From an uncultured Bacillota bacterium (lineage in GTDB: Bacteria; Bacillota_I; Bacilli_A; RF39; UBA660): a stretch of DNA of 64,000 nt. Shown here piece by piece: positions 40,112-49,769 of this stretch. The stretch lies in assembly GCA_942493215.1 (NCBI GenBank), contig OW818670.1, forward strand, positions 523,298 to 587,297, read 5' to 3'. Made by a program: the position numbers and the translations under genes. Within the stretch, counting starts at the first letter, position 1. Every line of letters begins with the position of its first letter. The notes below the pieces were generated by a model that searched no databases, had not been told where the DNA came from, and saw only the letters and a list, made by a program, of their open reading frames with translations.

Positions 40112-41212
40112 ATGGGATTAACAGCCGGTATCGTAGGCTTACCAAATGTTGGTAAATCAACATTATTTAACGCGATCACTAAACAAAATGTTTTAGCTGC
40201 CAACTATCCGTTTGCAACTATTGATCCTAATGTTGGTACAGTAACAGTACCAGATGAGCGAATGACATATTTATATGATTTATATTTACCAAAAAGCTTT
40301 GTGCCTACAACCTTCGAATTTATTGATATCGCAGGTTTAGTTAAAGGGGCTTCTTTAGGCGAGGGATTAGGCAATAAATTTCTATCTCATATTCGGGAAG
40401 TTGATGCGATATGTGAGGTTGTTCGTTGTTTTGAAGATCCAAACGTAATCCATGTTGATGGAACAATTGATCCTGTAAGGGATATTGAAACTATCGAATT
40501 AGAGTTAATGTTATCGGATTTAGAAGTTTTAGATAATCGTCTTAATCGAATTGGTAAGAAAGCATCTATGTCTAAAGATAAAGATGCAACTATGGAAGTT
40601 GAATTATTAAATAAAATTCGTTCAAATTTAACGGAAAATATTCCAATAAGAGATCTTGATTTGAGTGAGGAAGAAAGAAAAGCTATTAAATCATACAGTT
40701 TTTTAACTTCTAAACCAGTTATTTATGTTGCTAATGTCAGTGAGATGGATTTAGCAATCGGTACCAATATGCATCTTAAAAAACTAATAGATTATGCTAC
40801 AAGTAAAAAGATAAGTGTGGTACCATTATGTGCTAAAATTGAATCAGAATTAAGTGAGTTAACATCTGACGAAAAGAAAGAATTCCTAAAAGAATTGGGT
40901 TTACCAGAGAGTGGACTAGATACACTTATTAAAATAACCTATAAGATTTTAGGCCTAGAAACCTTCTTTACGGCCGGTTCAGATGAAGTGAAGGCATGGA
41001 CCTATAAGCAAGGTACAAAGGCTCCAGAATGTGCTGGTCTTATCCACAATGATATTATGCGAGGATTCATTAGAGCTGAAATTATATCATTTGATGATTT
41101 AAAGAAATATGGTACCGAAAAAGCGGCCAAAGAAGGCGGTAAGCTGCGCATTGAGGGTAAAGAATACTTAATGCAAGATGGAGATATTGTCTATTTTAGG
41201 TTTAATGTCTAA
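40112..41212 (+). CDS. ychF: Ribosome-binding ATPase YchF
   Basis: 366 aa. GLPNVGKST, TGS C-terminal domain. Conserved ychF-rpsF-ssb-rpsR block. Confidence 0.9.
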   Translation: MGLTAGIVGLPNVGKSTLFNAITKQNVLAANYPFATIDPNVGTVTVPDERMTYLYDLYLPKSFVPTTFEFIDIAGLVKGASLGEGLGNKFLSHIREVDAICEVVRCFEDPNVIHVDGTIDPVRDIETIELELMLSDLEVLDNRLNRIGKKASMSKDKDATMEVELLNKIRSNLTENIPIRDLDLSEEERKAIKSYSFLTSKPVIYVANVSEMDLAIGTNMHLKKLIDYATSKKISVVPLCAKIESELSELTSDEKKEFLKELGLPESGLDTLIKITYKILGLETFFTAGSDEVKAWTYKQGTKAPECAGLIHNDIMRGFIRAEIISFDDLKKYGTEKAAKEGGKLRIEGKEYLMQDGDIVYFRFNV

Positions 41213-41272
41213 AAACGCTTATAAAATAATGCTTATTTTATGTATAATAAGCATAATATGATAAAAAAAGGT

Positions 41273-41301
41273 TTACAATAATTACTAAATTTGTTATAAT
41301 C
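41273..41301 (+). promoter_or_regulatory. Promoter of the rpsF-ssb-rpsR operon
   Basis: TTTACA, 17-bp spacer, TATAAT. Confidence 0.5.
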
Positions 41302-41367
41302 ATTGCGAGTATTAATTTACTCCTTGCTTCTTTTTAAAGAAGCCAAAGACCATAAGGAGGTGTAAAA

Positions 41368-41658
41368 ATGAGAAAATACGAAATAATGTATATCGTAAGA
41401 CCTACACTAAGTGAAGAAGAAATTAAAGGAGTTACTGAAAACTTCAAAAAGATTTTAACTTCTAATGGCGCTAATATTACCAATGTTAGCGAAATGGGTC
41501 AAAGAGAATTAGCTTATGAAATTAAAGATTTCAAATCAGGCTATTACTACGTATATATTGTTGAAGCTAAAGATGATAAAGCTATTAGTGAATTCAATCG
41601 TTTAGCTAAAAACAGTAATGACATCATTCGTCATTTAATAACTAAATTAGAAGCATAA
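41368..41658 (+). CDS. rpsF: 30S ribosomal protein S6
   Basis: 96 aa, MRKYEIMYIVRP. Confidence 0.9.
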   Translation: MRKYEIMYIVRPTLSEEEIKGVTENFKKILTSNGANITNVSEMGQRELAYEIKDFKSGYYYVYIVEAKDDKAISEFNRLAKNSNDIIRHLITKLEA

Positions 41659-41675
41659 GAAAAGAGGTAGTTATT

Positions 41676-42164
41676 TTGAATAGAGCAATGTTAATTGGTC
41701 GTTTAACGGCCAAACCAGAGTTACGTTATACAAGCTCAAACTTACCTTATTCGCGTTTTACAATTGCTATAAATAGAAGTTATAGTAATCAACAAGGACA
41801 AAGAGAAACCGATTTTATTAATGTTGCCGTATGGCGTAAACAAGCTGAAAACGTTTGTAATTTTTTAGATAAGGGTAGTCTTGTTTCTGTTGAAGGAAGA
41901 ATTCAAAGTGGAAGTTATGATGACAAAGATGGTAACAAAAGATATACGATGGAAATAGTTGCTGATTCTGTACAATTTTTAGAGAGTAAGCAACAATCAA
42001 GAAATCGCGGACAAAGCGGCCCTAATGATGTAAACCCTTATGATTATCAAGATGATAGTCAAGGAGGCTCACAAGGGGGATCAAAAGCAAATATTAATGT
42101 TGATAACGATCCTTTTGCTGACTTTGGTGATAGTGTATCCATTGATGACAACTTCCTAGATTAA
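41676..42164 (+). CDS. ssb: Single-stranded DNA-binding protein
   Basis: 162 aa. OB fold, Gly/Gln-rich linker, acidic tail. Confidence 0.9.
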   Translation: MNRAMLIGRLTAKPELRYTSSNLPYSRFTIAINRSYSNQQGQRETDFINVAVWRKQAENVCNFLDKGSLVSVEGRIQSGSYDDKDGNKRYTMEIVADSVQFLESKQQSRNRGQSGPNDVNPYDYQDDSQGGSQGGSKANINVDNDPFADFGDSVSIDDNFLD

Positions 42165-42179
42165 AGGAGGAAAATAAAA

Positions 42180-42398
42180 ATGGCAGAGTTTTATAAAAAG
42201 AAGAAAAAAATATGTCAAATGTGCGCTGGTAAATCAGTTGATTATAAAGATGTTGAAATAATCAAAAAGTATATTAGTGGTGATAAAGGAAAAATTTTAC
42301 CACGTCGTATAACTGGTGCATGTTCTAAACATCAACGTCATATTGCTGACGAAGTAAAAAAAGCTCGTTTTATGGCTTTAGTACCTTTTACTAAATAA
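42180..42398 (+). CDS. rpsR: 30S ribosomal protein S18
   Basis: 72 aa. Confidence 0.9.
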   Translation: MAEFYKKKKKICQMCAGKSVDYKDVEIIKKYISGDKGKILPRRITGACSKHQRHIADEVKKARFMALVPFTK

Positions 42399-42404
42399 TA
42401 AATA

Positions 42405-42433
42405 AGCATTCACTAAATGTGAATGTTTTTTTG
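42405..42433 (+). terminator. Terminator after rpsR
   Basis: CATTCAC-taaat-GTGAATG followed by TTTTTTT. Confidence 0.7.
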
Positions 42434-42520
42434 TGATAATTATTGCATATCATATCAACTTGTGGTAACATTTAATATATAACAAAATATAACAAATAGC
42501 TAACTAAAGAGGTGATAGCA

Positions 42521-43222
42521 TTGGTTAATTTTATTATCTGTGATGACAACAAAGAAATGGTAAAAAAAGTTGAAGATATTATTGATAAGATAATGTTTAA
42601 AAATAAAATAGGTTATCGAAAACATATTTTTTATGATTATGATAGTAAATTTGTTAAAGAAATTGATAATCGTCTTCCATCTAAAATATATATTTTAGAT
42701 ATTGAAACACCTAGCGGATCGGGTATTGATATAGCAAGAAAAATTCGAAATAATGATATGAATAGCATAATTATTTTTATGACTATTCACGAGGAACTTG
42801 GTTATGTTATTTTGAGAAATGAGTTTATGTTCTTATCCTTCATTAATAAATATGATGATTTTGAAACTAAGATGTCATCATCATTAAAAAAAGCTATTGA
42901 AACATTAGGTAAGAAAATAGCCTTAAAAATAGAAGATGGTGGTATTATCTATAAAATACCATTAAAGGATATATTATATATAACTCGTGATAGTGTTGAA
43001 AGAAAAGCAATAATAAAAACGGATTACACAGAATTTAAAATTAATCGCACTATAACTGAATTACAAGAATTATTAGATGATCGTTTTAAATTATCACATC
43101 GTGCTTGTATAGTAAATGTTGAAAGGATAAGAATAGCCGACTTTAAAAAAAGTCTTATTATTTTCGATAATAATGAACGCATTAACTTAATAACAAAGGC
43201 CTTTAAGAAAGAAGTGAAGTAG
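42521..43222 (+). CDS. LytTR-family response regulator (AgrA-like)
   Basis: ORF from 42512. TTG 42521 chosen, 8 nt after AAAGAGG, giving (M)VNFIICDDN. Receiver domain plus C-terminal LytTR DNA-binding domain. Confidence 0.8.
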   Translation: MVNFIICDDNKEMVKKVEDIIDKIMFKNKIGYRKHIFYDYDSKFVKEIDNRLPSKIYILDIETPSGSGIDIARKIRNNDMNSIIIFMTIHEELGYVILRNEFMFLSFINKYDDFETKMSSSLKKAIETLGKKIALKIEDGGIIYKIPLKDILYITRDSVERKAIIKTDYTEFKINRTITELQELLDDRFKLSHRACIVNVERIRIADFKKSLIIFDNNERINLITKAFKKEVK

Positions 43223-43224
43223 TA

Positions 43225-44532
43225 GTGGATTTAGGATTAATATTATTAGCAATAAATTCAGCCATATTTTCTAATTTTGCTTTGTTATACATTGTATCTA
43301 AACTTGTAGATAAAAATTTATTTGCTAATATCAAACATTTTATCCTTTGTTATCTTTTTTTGATAATTTTTTCGTCGGGAATGTATCTTGTTACTAATAA
43401 TTTATTACGAATATTATTATATTATTTAATACTGATACCAGTTTGTAAAATAATGTTTTCAGAAAAATTATATAAAATAATTTGTTCTACATTTTTAGCC
43501 TATGTATTAATGGCAGCTTCTGAAATGTTAACAGCAATAATATTAATCTTTTTTCAAAATGGAGATCAATATATTTTCCATTCTTATACATTAAACGTAT
43601 TTGTAAACATTATAATATTTACCTTTGGAATATTAATGGCCGAAAACAAAAAGTTAATAGATGTATTAAAGAGGATAATTAGTTTATTAGATAACGTTAT
43701 GATGACAAAAGTATTAGTTGCGTCTGTTATTGGGATTTTTTTAGTATTTTTTATTCTTTTTTGCAGTTATTTTCGTTTATCAACAATCTACCTATTGGTA
43801 ACCGACTTTTTATTTTTATGCTGCTATATTTACATAATATATATATACTTTAAAGAAATAAATTTAAACGTTGTTATAAAAAAAGAATATGATGATCTTT
43901 TAGTAAACGTTAATGAATATGAGAGGATATATAATATTCAAAAAATGATTGCTCATGAACATAAAAATCAATTATTAACCATTAAAAGCTTAGTTAATAA
44001 AAAAGACAAAAAACTTATGTCTTATGTTGATGGCATTATTTCTAGTGATTTATTAGATGACAATGAATGGTTTAATAAGTTAAACTTTATTCCTAATGGT
44101 GGCATACGTGGGATTTTATATTATAAAATACTTGAAATGAAAGAAAAGAAAATCAATGTTGATTTTATAATAAGTAAAAACATAAATGCAAAGATTATGG
44201 CGGATATATCTCTAAACACAAATATTAATTTGTGTAAAATATTAGGTGTTATTTTAGATAATGCTATTGAGGCCTTAAAGAACGAAAAAGAAAAAAATAT
44301 ATCCATTGAATTTTATTGCAATGAAAATAAAGTTGTTATAGCTATTTCAAATAATTATTCAGGAAATGTTGAGTTTTCTAAAATGGGTATAAAACAGTTT
44401 TCAACTAAAGGTGAGAATCACGGCTATGGTTTGCGGCTTGTTAAATATTTAGTTAATCAAGATGATAATCTTGAAAATCAAAAAGAAATAAATGGCAACA
44501 TTTTTACCCAACTAATAAAAATAAGAGCATAG
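43225..44532 (+). CDS. AgrC/ComD-type membrane histidine kinase (HPK10)
   Basis: 435 aa. Six or seven N-terminal TMs, H-box around MIAHEHKNQL, GHKL ATPase N-box ILDNAIEA and GYGL. GTG start coupled to the regulator gene's stop. Confidence 0.8.
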   Translation: MDLGLILLAINSAIFSNFALLYIVSKLVDKNLFANIKHFILCYLFLIIFSSGMYLVTNNLLRILLYYLILIPVCKIMFSEKLYKIICSTFLAYVLMAASEMLTAIILIFFQNGDQYIFHSYTLNVFVNIIIFTFGILMAENKKLIDVLKRIISLLDNVMMTKVLVASVIGIFLVFFILFCSYFRLSTIYLLVTDFLFLCCYIYIIYIYFKEINLNVVIKKEYDDLLVNVNEYERIYNIQKMIAHEHKNQLLTIKSLVNKKDKKLMSYVDGIISSDLLDDNEWFNKLNFIPNGGIRGILYYKILEMKEKKINVDFIISKNINAKIMADISLNTNINLCKILGVILDNAIEALKNEKEKNISIEFYCNENKVVIAISNNYSGNVEFSKMGIKQFSTKGENHGYGLRLVKYLVNQDDNLENQKEINGNIFTQLIKIRA

Positions 44533-44548
44533 CTCTTATTTTTTAATA
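44521..44548. terminator. Bidirectional terminator between the kinase gene and the AgrD-like gene
   Basis: ATAAGAGC-ata-GCTCTTAT with T-runs on both strands. Confidence 0.65.
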
Positions 44549-44551
44549 AAA

Positions 44552-44674
44552 CTAATTAATTAGGTTTTCAGGTATTTCTGGTTCATCAAGCCATATAATA
44601 ACGCAGGCATTACTTCCTAATTTAGCAAATAATTCGCCAACACTTGCTAAAGAAGCTGCTAAAAATCCAAACAT
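44552..44674 (-). CDS. AgrD-like autoinducing-peptide precursor (40 aa)
   Basis: ATG at 44674 preceded by AAAGGAGGTGAAATT. The peptide is MFGFLAASLASVGELFAKLGSNACVIIWLDEPEIPENLIN. It has an amphipathic N-terminus, a single Cys five residues before an acidic DEPEIPE tail, and sits immediately downstream of agrB. Confidence 0.6.
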   Translation of the reverse strand: MFGFLAASLASVGELFAKLGSNACVIIWLDEPEIPENLIN

Positions 44675-44699
44675 AATTTCACCTCCTTTAATTCTATTT

Positions 44700-45308
44700 T
44701 TAAAAATAAAATTTAATACAATTACGTTGGTAATTGTAAGGCTGATCAAAAACTTTATATGATAAAGGTGAGATTATAAAACATTGTAATAATAATGCCA
44801 AGATGAGATTACTACTTACATAAGAATCTTTAATTAGAAGTGACAAAACAACATATAAAATAGAAATTAAAACAGATACATATTTCAAAAATATTCGTCT
44901 TTTTTTACTAATAATCGGTCTTTTAATTGTATCAGCAGGTGCATAAATGAACATTAGAATAAGTGATAAAATCCCTAATAAACTTTTTGTCATTAAATTC
45001 ATATAAATAGCTTTTCCTAAAAAAGGTAATCCAATAAATAAAATCAATGAAATAGCAAGACAAATCCAACTTTTTCCAGCATGAACACCAAAAGAGAACA
45101 ATCTTACAAAATTGTAGAATAGTAAAAAAACTACCAATTCATTTATTATATTTAATAAAAAGGCAACCATTAAAATAACAATACTTTTAGTAATTAGAAT
45201 ATAGATTGATTCTAGGCCATATTTTATTTCTGGAATCTTATTGTTATCATATTTTGGATAATATTTTTTTATAAAACTTAGTGTTTTTTTTACAACAAAT
45301 TCTCTCAA
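44700..45308 (-). CDS. AgrB-family membrane cysteine peptidase (AIP processing/export)
   Basis: 202 aa, polytopic. Conserved FSFGVHAGKSWICLAIS (catalytic His/Cys pair, GxHA...C). Confidence 0.75.
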   Translation of the reverse strand: MREFVVKKTLSFIKKYYPKYDNNKIPEIKYGLESIYILITKSIVILMVAFLLNIINELVVFLLFYNFVRLFSFGVHAGKSWICLAISLILFIGLPFLGKAIYMNLMTKSLLGILSLILMFIYAPADTIKRPIISKKRRIFLKYVSVLISILYVVLSLLIKDSYVSSNLILALLLQCFIISPLSYKVFDQPYNYQRNCIKFYF

Positions 45309-45613
45309 AGCAATAACCCCTTAATTTAATTAGATTTTAGCATTTACCATACTCTTGGTTTTAAAATATGTCTTAAATTGTCGAATTTATGCTTGAATAT
45401 TGAAAAGTTACTTAAAAATTAAGCGAAAAACCATTTCAAGCCTAAAATCAACTATTTCAAACGTTAAGCTATAAAACAATTGCTACACCATGCTATGATT
45501 AACAGCGGTTGCAGTAATACATATATTGTCGTTTTTTGTCTTTTACAATTTCTTGAAACGGACAGTATAGGAGTGTATATTTAATATTGTAAGAGGTAAT
45601 AGGAGGGAGATTA

Positions 45614-45829
45614 ATGATGAGAGGTAAGGTAAAGTGGTTTAACAACGAAAAGGGATTCGGCTTTATCGAATATAAGGAGAATGAAGATATTTTTGTCCAT
45701 TATTCGGCTATCTTAACAGAAGGCTATAAAACATTGGTCGAAGGGCAATATGTTGAATTTGATTTAGTTCAAACAGATAAAGGATTACAAGCAAAAAATG
45801 TCATTGAAATTAAAACTGCCTTAGTTTAG
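45614..45829 (+). CDS. csp: Cold-shock protein (CspA family)
   Basis: [20 protein letters not shown]-1 motif. Confidence 0.9.
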   Translation: MMRGKVKWFNNEKGFGFIEYKENEDIFVHYSAILTEGYKTLVEGQYVEFDLVQTDKGLQAKNVIEIKTALV

Positions 45830-45850
45830 CAGTTTTTTTATTTTTTTTAA
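45813..45850 (+). terminator. Terminator after csp
   Basis: AAACTGC-cttagttta-GCAGTTT followed by a T15 run. Confidence 0.7.
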
Positions 45851-45903
45851 CCATTCTATCACAAATGTTATGGTATAATATAATAAGAAAGGATGGATGA
45901 TAA

Positions 45904-46431
45904 ATGAATTTTAATATTCGAGGCGACAAAGTAAAAGTTACAGAAGCAATTAAAAATTATGCTGAAGAAAAGATTAGTCGTATCAACAAATATTTTCATG
46001 ATCATGAAACTATGACTGCTAATGTTTTAATTAGAGTAAAAGGGATTGATCAAACGGTTGAGGTCACAATTAATAATGATAAAATGTTGTTACGGGCTGA
46101 AGAGTCTCATCGTGATTTATATGCGGCTATTGATTTAGTGGTAGATAAACTTGAACGTCAAATTCGTAAAAACAAGACGCGAATGACTAAAAAAAGTGTT
46201 AAAGATAATTATTATGAGTTTAATACTAGTTCTATTGATGCATTAAAAGAAGAAAATAAAATTGTTAAACGTAAAAAAGTTGAAATGAAACCTATGAGTG
46301 AAGATGAGGCCATTCTTCAAATGAATTTAACAGATCATGAGTTTTTTGTTTATAAGAATATAGAAACAGATAAAATATGTGTTTTATATCGTCGTAAAGA
46401 CAGCAATTACGGAGTTATTGAAACTAATTAG
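45904..46431 (+). CDS. hpf: Ribosome hibernation promoting factor (long HPF)
   Basis: 175 aa, YfiA N-domain plus C-terminal dimerisation domain. Conserved hpf-secA order. Confidence 0.9.
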   Translation: MNFNIRGDKVKVTEAIKNYAEEKISRINKYFHDHETMTANVLIRVKGIDQTVEVTINNDKMLLRAEESHRDLYAAIDLVVDKLERQIRKNKTRMTKKSVKDNYYEFNTSSIDALKEENKIVKRKKVEMKPMSEDEAILQMNLTDHEFFVYKNIETDKICVLYRRKDSNYGVIETN

Positions 46432-46455
46432 TAATAAACATTTTATATACATGAT

Positions 46456-46493
46456 GAAAGAAAGAGTAATACGCAATAATCTCTTTCTTTTTA
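46456..46493 (+). terminator. Terminator after hpf
   Basis: GAAAGAAAGAG with a 14-nt loop, then CTCTTTCTTT TT. Confidence 0.6.
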
Positions 46494-46555
46494 ATGAAAA
46501 GACTATTCTTTTTAACAAATATTTGGTAAAATAATATCTATGGAGGATTGAAATT

Positions 46556-49051
46556 ATGAGTTTTTTTAAAAAAGTATTTGATCACGAATATAAGCAATTA
46601 GAAAAATTCAAAGCCATAGCTGACGAGGTTATGAAACTAGAAGAAAAAATGGCTCATCTTAGTGATGATGAATTAAAAGCTAAGACCCAAGAGTTTAAAA
46701 ATCGTTTAAAAAACGGAGAAACTCTTGAAGATATAAAAGTAGAGGCTTTTGCTGTAGTTAGAGAAGCTGCTTACCGTGTAACTGGCGAGAAACCATTCTA
46801 TGTACAAATAGTTGGTGGTTTAGCCATTCATGACGGTAATATTGCTGAGATGAAAACCGGAGAAGGTAAAACACTTGTGGCAACTATGCCAGCTTATTTA
46901 AATGCTTTATCTGGTGAGAGTGTTCATATTATAACAGTAAATGAATTTCTAGCGTCTCGTGATGCTGGTCATTATGTAGGAGATGTTTATCGTTTCTTAG
47001 GACTAACAGTTGGTATTAATTTAAGAGAAATGACTACGAGTGAAAAACAAGCCGCTTATAATTGTGATGTTTTATATACAACTAATAACGAATTAGGATT
47101 TGATTATCTTCGCGATAACATGGTTATTAAATCTGAAAACAGGGTTCAAAGACCACTTAGTTTTGCTATTGTTGATGAAGTTGACTCAGTTTTAATTGAT
47201 GAAGCTAGAACACCACTTATTATTTCTGGTGGTAGTATGCAATCAGCTAATTTATATATTCAAGCTGATCGTTTTGCTAAAACTTTAAAAGAAAATAATG
47301 GTTATATCTATGATGAAAAAATTAAGGCCGTAGCATTAGATGAACAAGGTATTAATGCAGCAGAAAAAGCTTTTGGTTTAGACAATTTATATGATATTAA
47401 AAATACCACAATTGTTCACCACATTAATCAAGCTTTACGTGCTAACTTCGGTATGAAAAAAGATTTTGATTATGTTGTAACCGAAGATAAAGTTCTCATT
47501 GTTGATCAATTTACAGGACGTTTAATGCCAGGTCGGCAATTTAGTGAGGGATTACATCAAGCTATCGAGGCTAAAGAAGGTGTAACAATCAATGAAGAGA
47601 CTAAAACTTTAGCAACTATTACTTTTCAAAATCTATTCCGTTTATATAAGAAACTATCAGGTATGACTGGTACGGCTAAAACCGAAGAAGAAGAATTCCG
47701 TGACATATATAATATGTATGTTATATGTATCCCTACTAATAGACCAGTTATTCGTGAAGATTTTGCTGATTTATTGTTTGCTACTAAAGATGGTAAATAT
47801 AAGGCCATTGTTAATGAGATAAAAGAAAGACATAAAAAAGGACAACCATTACTAGTCGGTACTATTGCTGTTGAGACTAGTGAATTGTTAAGTAATATGC
47901 TTAAGAAAGAACATATTCCTCATGAAGTATTGAATGCTAAGAACAATGCTCGTGAAGCTGAAATAGTTGCTAAAGCAGGTCAAAAAGGGTCTGTAACGAT
48001 TGCTACTAATATGGCAGGTCGTGGAACTGATATTAAAATAGATGATGAAGTTAAATCATTAGGTGGCTTATTTGTTTTAGGAACAGAACGCCATGAATCG
48101 CGTCGTATTGATAATCAGTTGCGTGGTCGTTGTGGTCGTCAAGGTGATCCAGGAGCAACACAATTTTGTGTATCATTTGAAGATGAATTGATGGTTCGCT
48201 TTGGAACAGATCGAGCTAAACAAATGCTTCAAAATATTGGTTTCAATGATGATATGTCTATTCGAAATAAGTTCTTCTCTAATACCATTGAATCAGCTCA
48301 AAGACGAGTTGAAGGAAATAACTTCGATATTCGTAAGAGTGTTCTTGAATATGATGATGTTATTAATCAACAACGTGAGATTATATATGAGAAACGTAAT
48401 GAGATACTAGATAGTGAATCAATTCATGAGAAAGTATTAGAAGCCTTTAAAAACTACGCTAATGATTTAGTTAGAAGTCACTTAGCTGCTGAAGGAAAAA
48501 TTACTAGTAACGATATTAGTGAAATAGTTGAAGCTATTAGTGAAACTCTACAATTTAAAGATGTTAATATTAGCGATTTAGATGGCAAATCACCAGAAGA
48601 GATGATTGATACTATATACGATATAATAACTAATACATATGGCAAAAAAATGGATGAAGTACCACGTTCAATGGTTGATGATTTTGAAAAAGCCATTGCC
48701 CTTCGTGTTCTTGATACCCATTGGATGGAACACATTAATACGATGTCTTTATTAATGGAGGGTATTAAGTTACGTAGTTATGGTCAAGATAACCCATTAC
48801 GAGCTTATACCTCTGAAGGATTTGCGTTATTTGACCAACTATTAAATACTGTTGATCGGGAAATAACTATTTATCTTTTAAGAGCTGAAGTAAGACAAAA
48901 TACGGAACGTAAACAAGTAGCCAAAGGTGAAGCCGTCGTTGATGCTACAAAAGTAAAGAAAGCAACACCCAAAAAAGTTAGTAAAATAGGTCGTAATGAT
49001 CAATGTCCTTGTGGCTCAGGTAAAAAGTATAAACAATGTTGTGGAAAGTAA
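46556..49051 (+). CDS. secA: Preprotein translocase ATPase SecA
   Basis: 831 aa. DEAD motor (MKTGEGKTL), C-terminal zinc finger CPCGSGKKYKQCCG. Confidence 0.95.
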   Translation: MSFFKKVFDHEYKQLEKFKAIADEVMKLEEKMAHLSDDELKAKTQEFKNRLKNGETLEDIKVEAFAVVREAAYRVTGEKPFYVQIVGGLAIHDGNIAEMKTGEGKTLVATMPAYLNALSGESVHIITVNEFLASRDAGHYVGDVYRFLGLTVGINLREMTTSEKQAAYNCDVLYTTNNELGFDYLRDNMVIKSENRVQRPLSFAIVDEVDSVLIDEARTPLIISGGSMQSANLYIQADRFAKTLKENNGYIYDEKIKAVALDEQGINAAEKAFGLDNLYDIKNTTIVHHINQALRANFGMKKDFDYVVTEDKVLIVDQFTGRLMPGRQFSEGLHQAIEAKEGVTINEETKTLATITFQNLFRLYKKLSGMTGTAKTEEEEFRDIYNMYVICIPTNRPVIREDFADLLFATKDGKYKAIVNEIKERHKKGQPLLVGTIAVETSELLSNMLKKEHIPHEVLNAKNNAREAEIVAKAGQKGSVTIATNMAGRGTDIKIDDEVKSLGGLFVLGTERHESRRIDNQLRGRCGRQGDPGATQFCVSFEDELMVRFGTDRAKQMLQNIGFNDDMSIRNKFFSNTIESAQRRVEGNNFDIRKSVLEYDDVINQQREIIYEKRNEILDSESIHEKVLEAFKNYANDLVRSHLAAEGKITSNDISEIVEAISETLQFKDVNISDLDGKSPEEMIDTIYDIITNTYGKKMDEVPRSMVDDFEKAIALRVLDTHWMEHINTMSLLMEGIKLRSYGQDNPLRAYTSEGFALFDQLLNTVDREITIYLLRAEVRQNTERKQVAKGEAVVDATKVKKATPKKVSKIGRNDQCPCGSGKKYKQCCGK

Positions 49052-49073
49052 TAACCATAAGGGAGAATAGTTT

Positions 49074-49739
49074 ATGACTGATAGGTTTGAAGATGATATT
49101 AAGGAATACTACACGGTCTTACATAAACAAGATAATGATTTTGATATAGAGAATGTCGAATCAGTAAAACTTCCTCATAAAATAATAAAAGTTCCGTTAA
49201 TTAGACAGGCCCATGACTTTACTTGTGGAGTTGCTTGTACTGAATCGATAATTAGATATATGGGATATAGTTTTGATGCCGGAGAAGACAGGCTAATAAA
49301 GAAACTAAAAACTTCAATAATTAGTGGTACAGATAATAGTTATATTGCAAAATTTTTAAATTCAATAACTATTAATGATGGAGAGGCAAGCCCATTAAAG
49401 GCAACTCCTAAAGCAAACCTTTCAATAAGTGAATTAACAGAATATTTAGACAATGATCAGCCAGTTATTTGTATTATTCAAGCTTGGGGTGGAGAAAACA
49501 AAGACTGGTATACAAAAAATGATAATGGTCACTATGTGATAGCGATTGGTTATGATGAACAGAATATTTATTTTATGGATCCTCTAACTAGTAATGCCTA
49601 TACATATATTAGTAAAGAAGATTTTGACATAAGATGGCACGATATTGATGAAAATGAGTTGTTAGTTCATTATGGAATTATTATTGAATATGAATCATCC
49701 ATTAAAAATGAAACAAATGTTGCATATCCATTAAAATAA
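49074..49739 (+). CDS. C39-like (YvpB-like) papain-fold cysteine peptidase domain protein, cytoplasmic
   Basis: 221 aa. Q/C/H pattern QAHDFTCGVAC ... GHYVIAIGYDE ... FMDP. No signal peptide. Begins 23 nt after secA. Confidence 0.55.
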   Translation: MTDRFEDDIKEYYTVLHKQDNDFDIENVESVKLPHKIIKVPLIRQAHDFTCGVACTESIIRYMGYSFDAGEDRLIKKLKTSIISGTDNSYIAKFLNSITINDGEASPLKATPKANLSISELTEYLDNDQPVICIIQAWGGENKDWYTKNDNGHYVIAIGYDEQNIYFMDPLTSNAYTYISKEDFDIRWHDIDENELLVHYGIIIEYESSIKNETNVAYPLK

Positions 49740-49769
49740 AAAAGTTTAATTGTTAAAAAATAAGAAAAA

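Noticed and set aside
44552-44749. 65-aa version of the minus-strand ORF downstream of agrB
   Set aside because: The N-terminal 25 residues have no RBS and overlap agrB. The internal ATG at 44674 has a perfect AAAGGAGGTGA SD and yields a 40-aa AgrD-like peptide.
45380-45500. LytTR (AgrA) binding repeats upstream of agrB
   Set aside because: One 9-mer, AACGTTAAG (45460-45468), fits the [TA][AC][CA]GTTN[AG][TG] consensus. No partner repeat at the required 12-bp spacing was found, so it is not reported as a feature.
1505-48735. Assorted 60-90-aa ORFs antisense to housekeeping genes (for example 1505..1738, 3130..3354, 3508..3783, 6922..7155, 8707..8976, 20649..20915, 25712..25933, 39362..39544, 44121..44306, 47626..47808, 48478..48735, 55683..56251, 58314..58804, 59633..59821)
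   Set aside because: They lie fully inside well-supported genes on the opposite strand, lack RBS, and have AT-rich low-complexity translations typical of random frames in a 28% GC genome.
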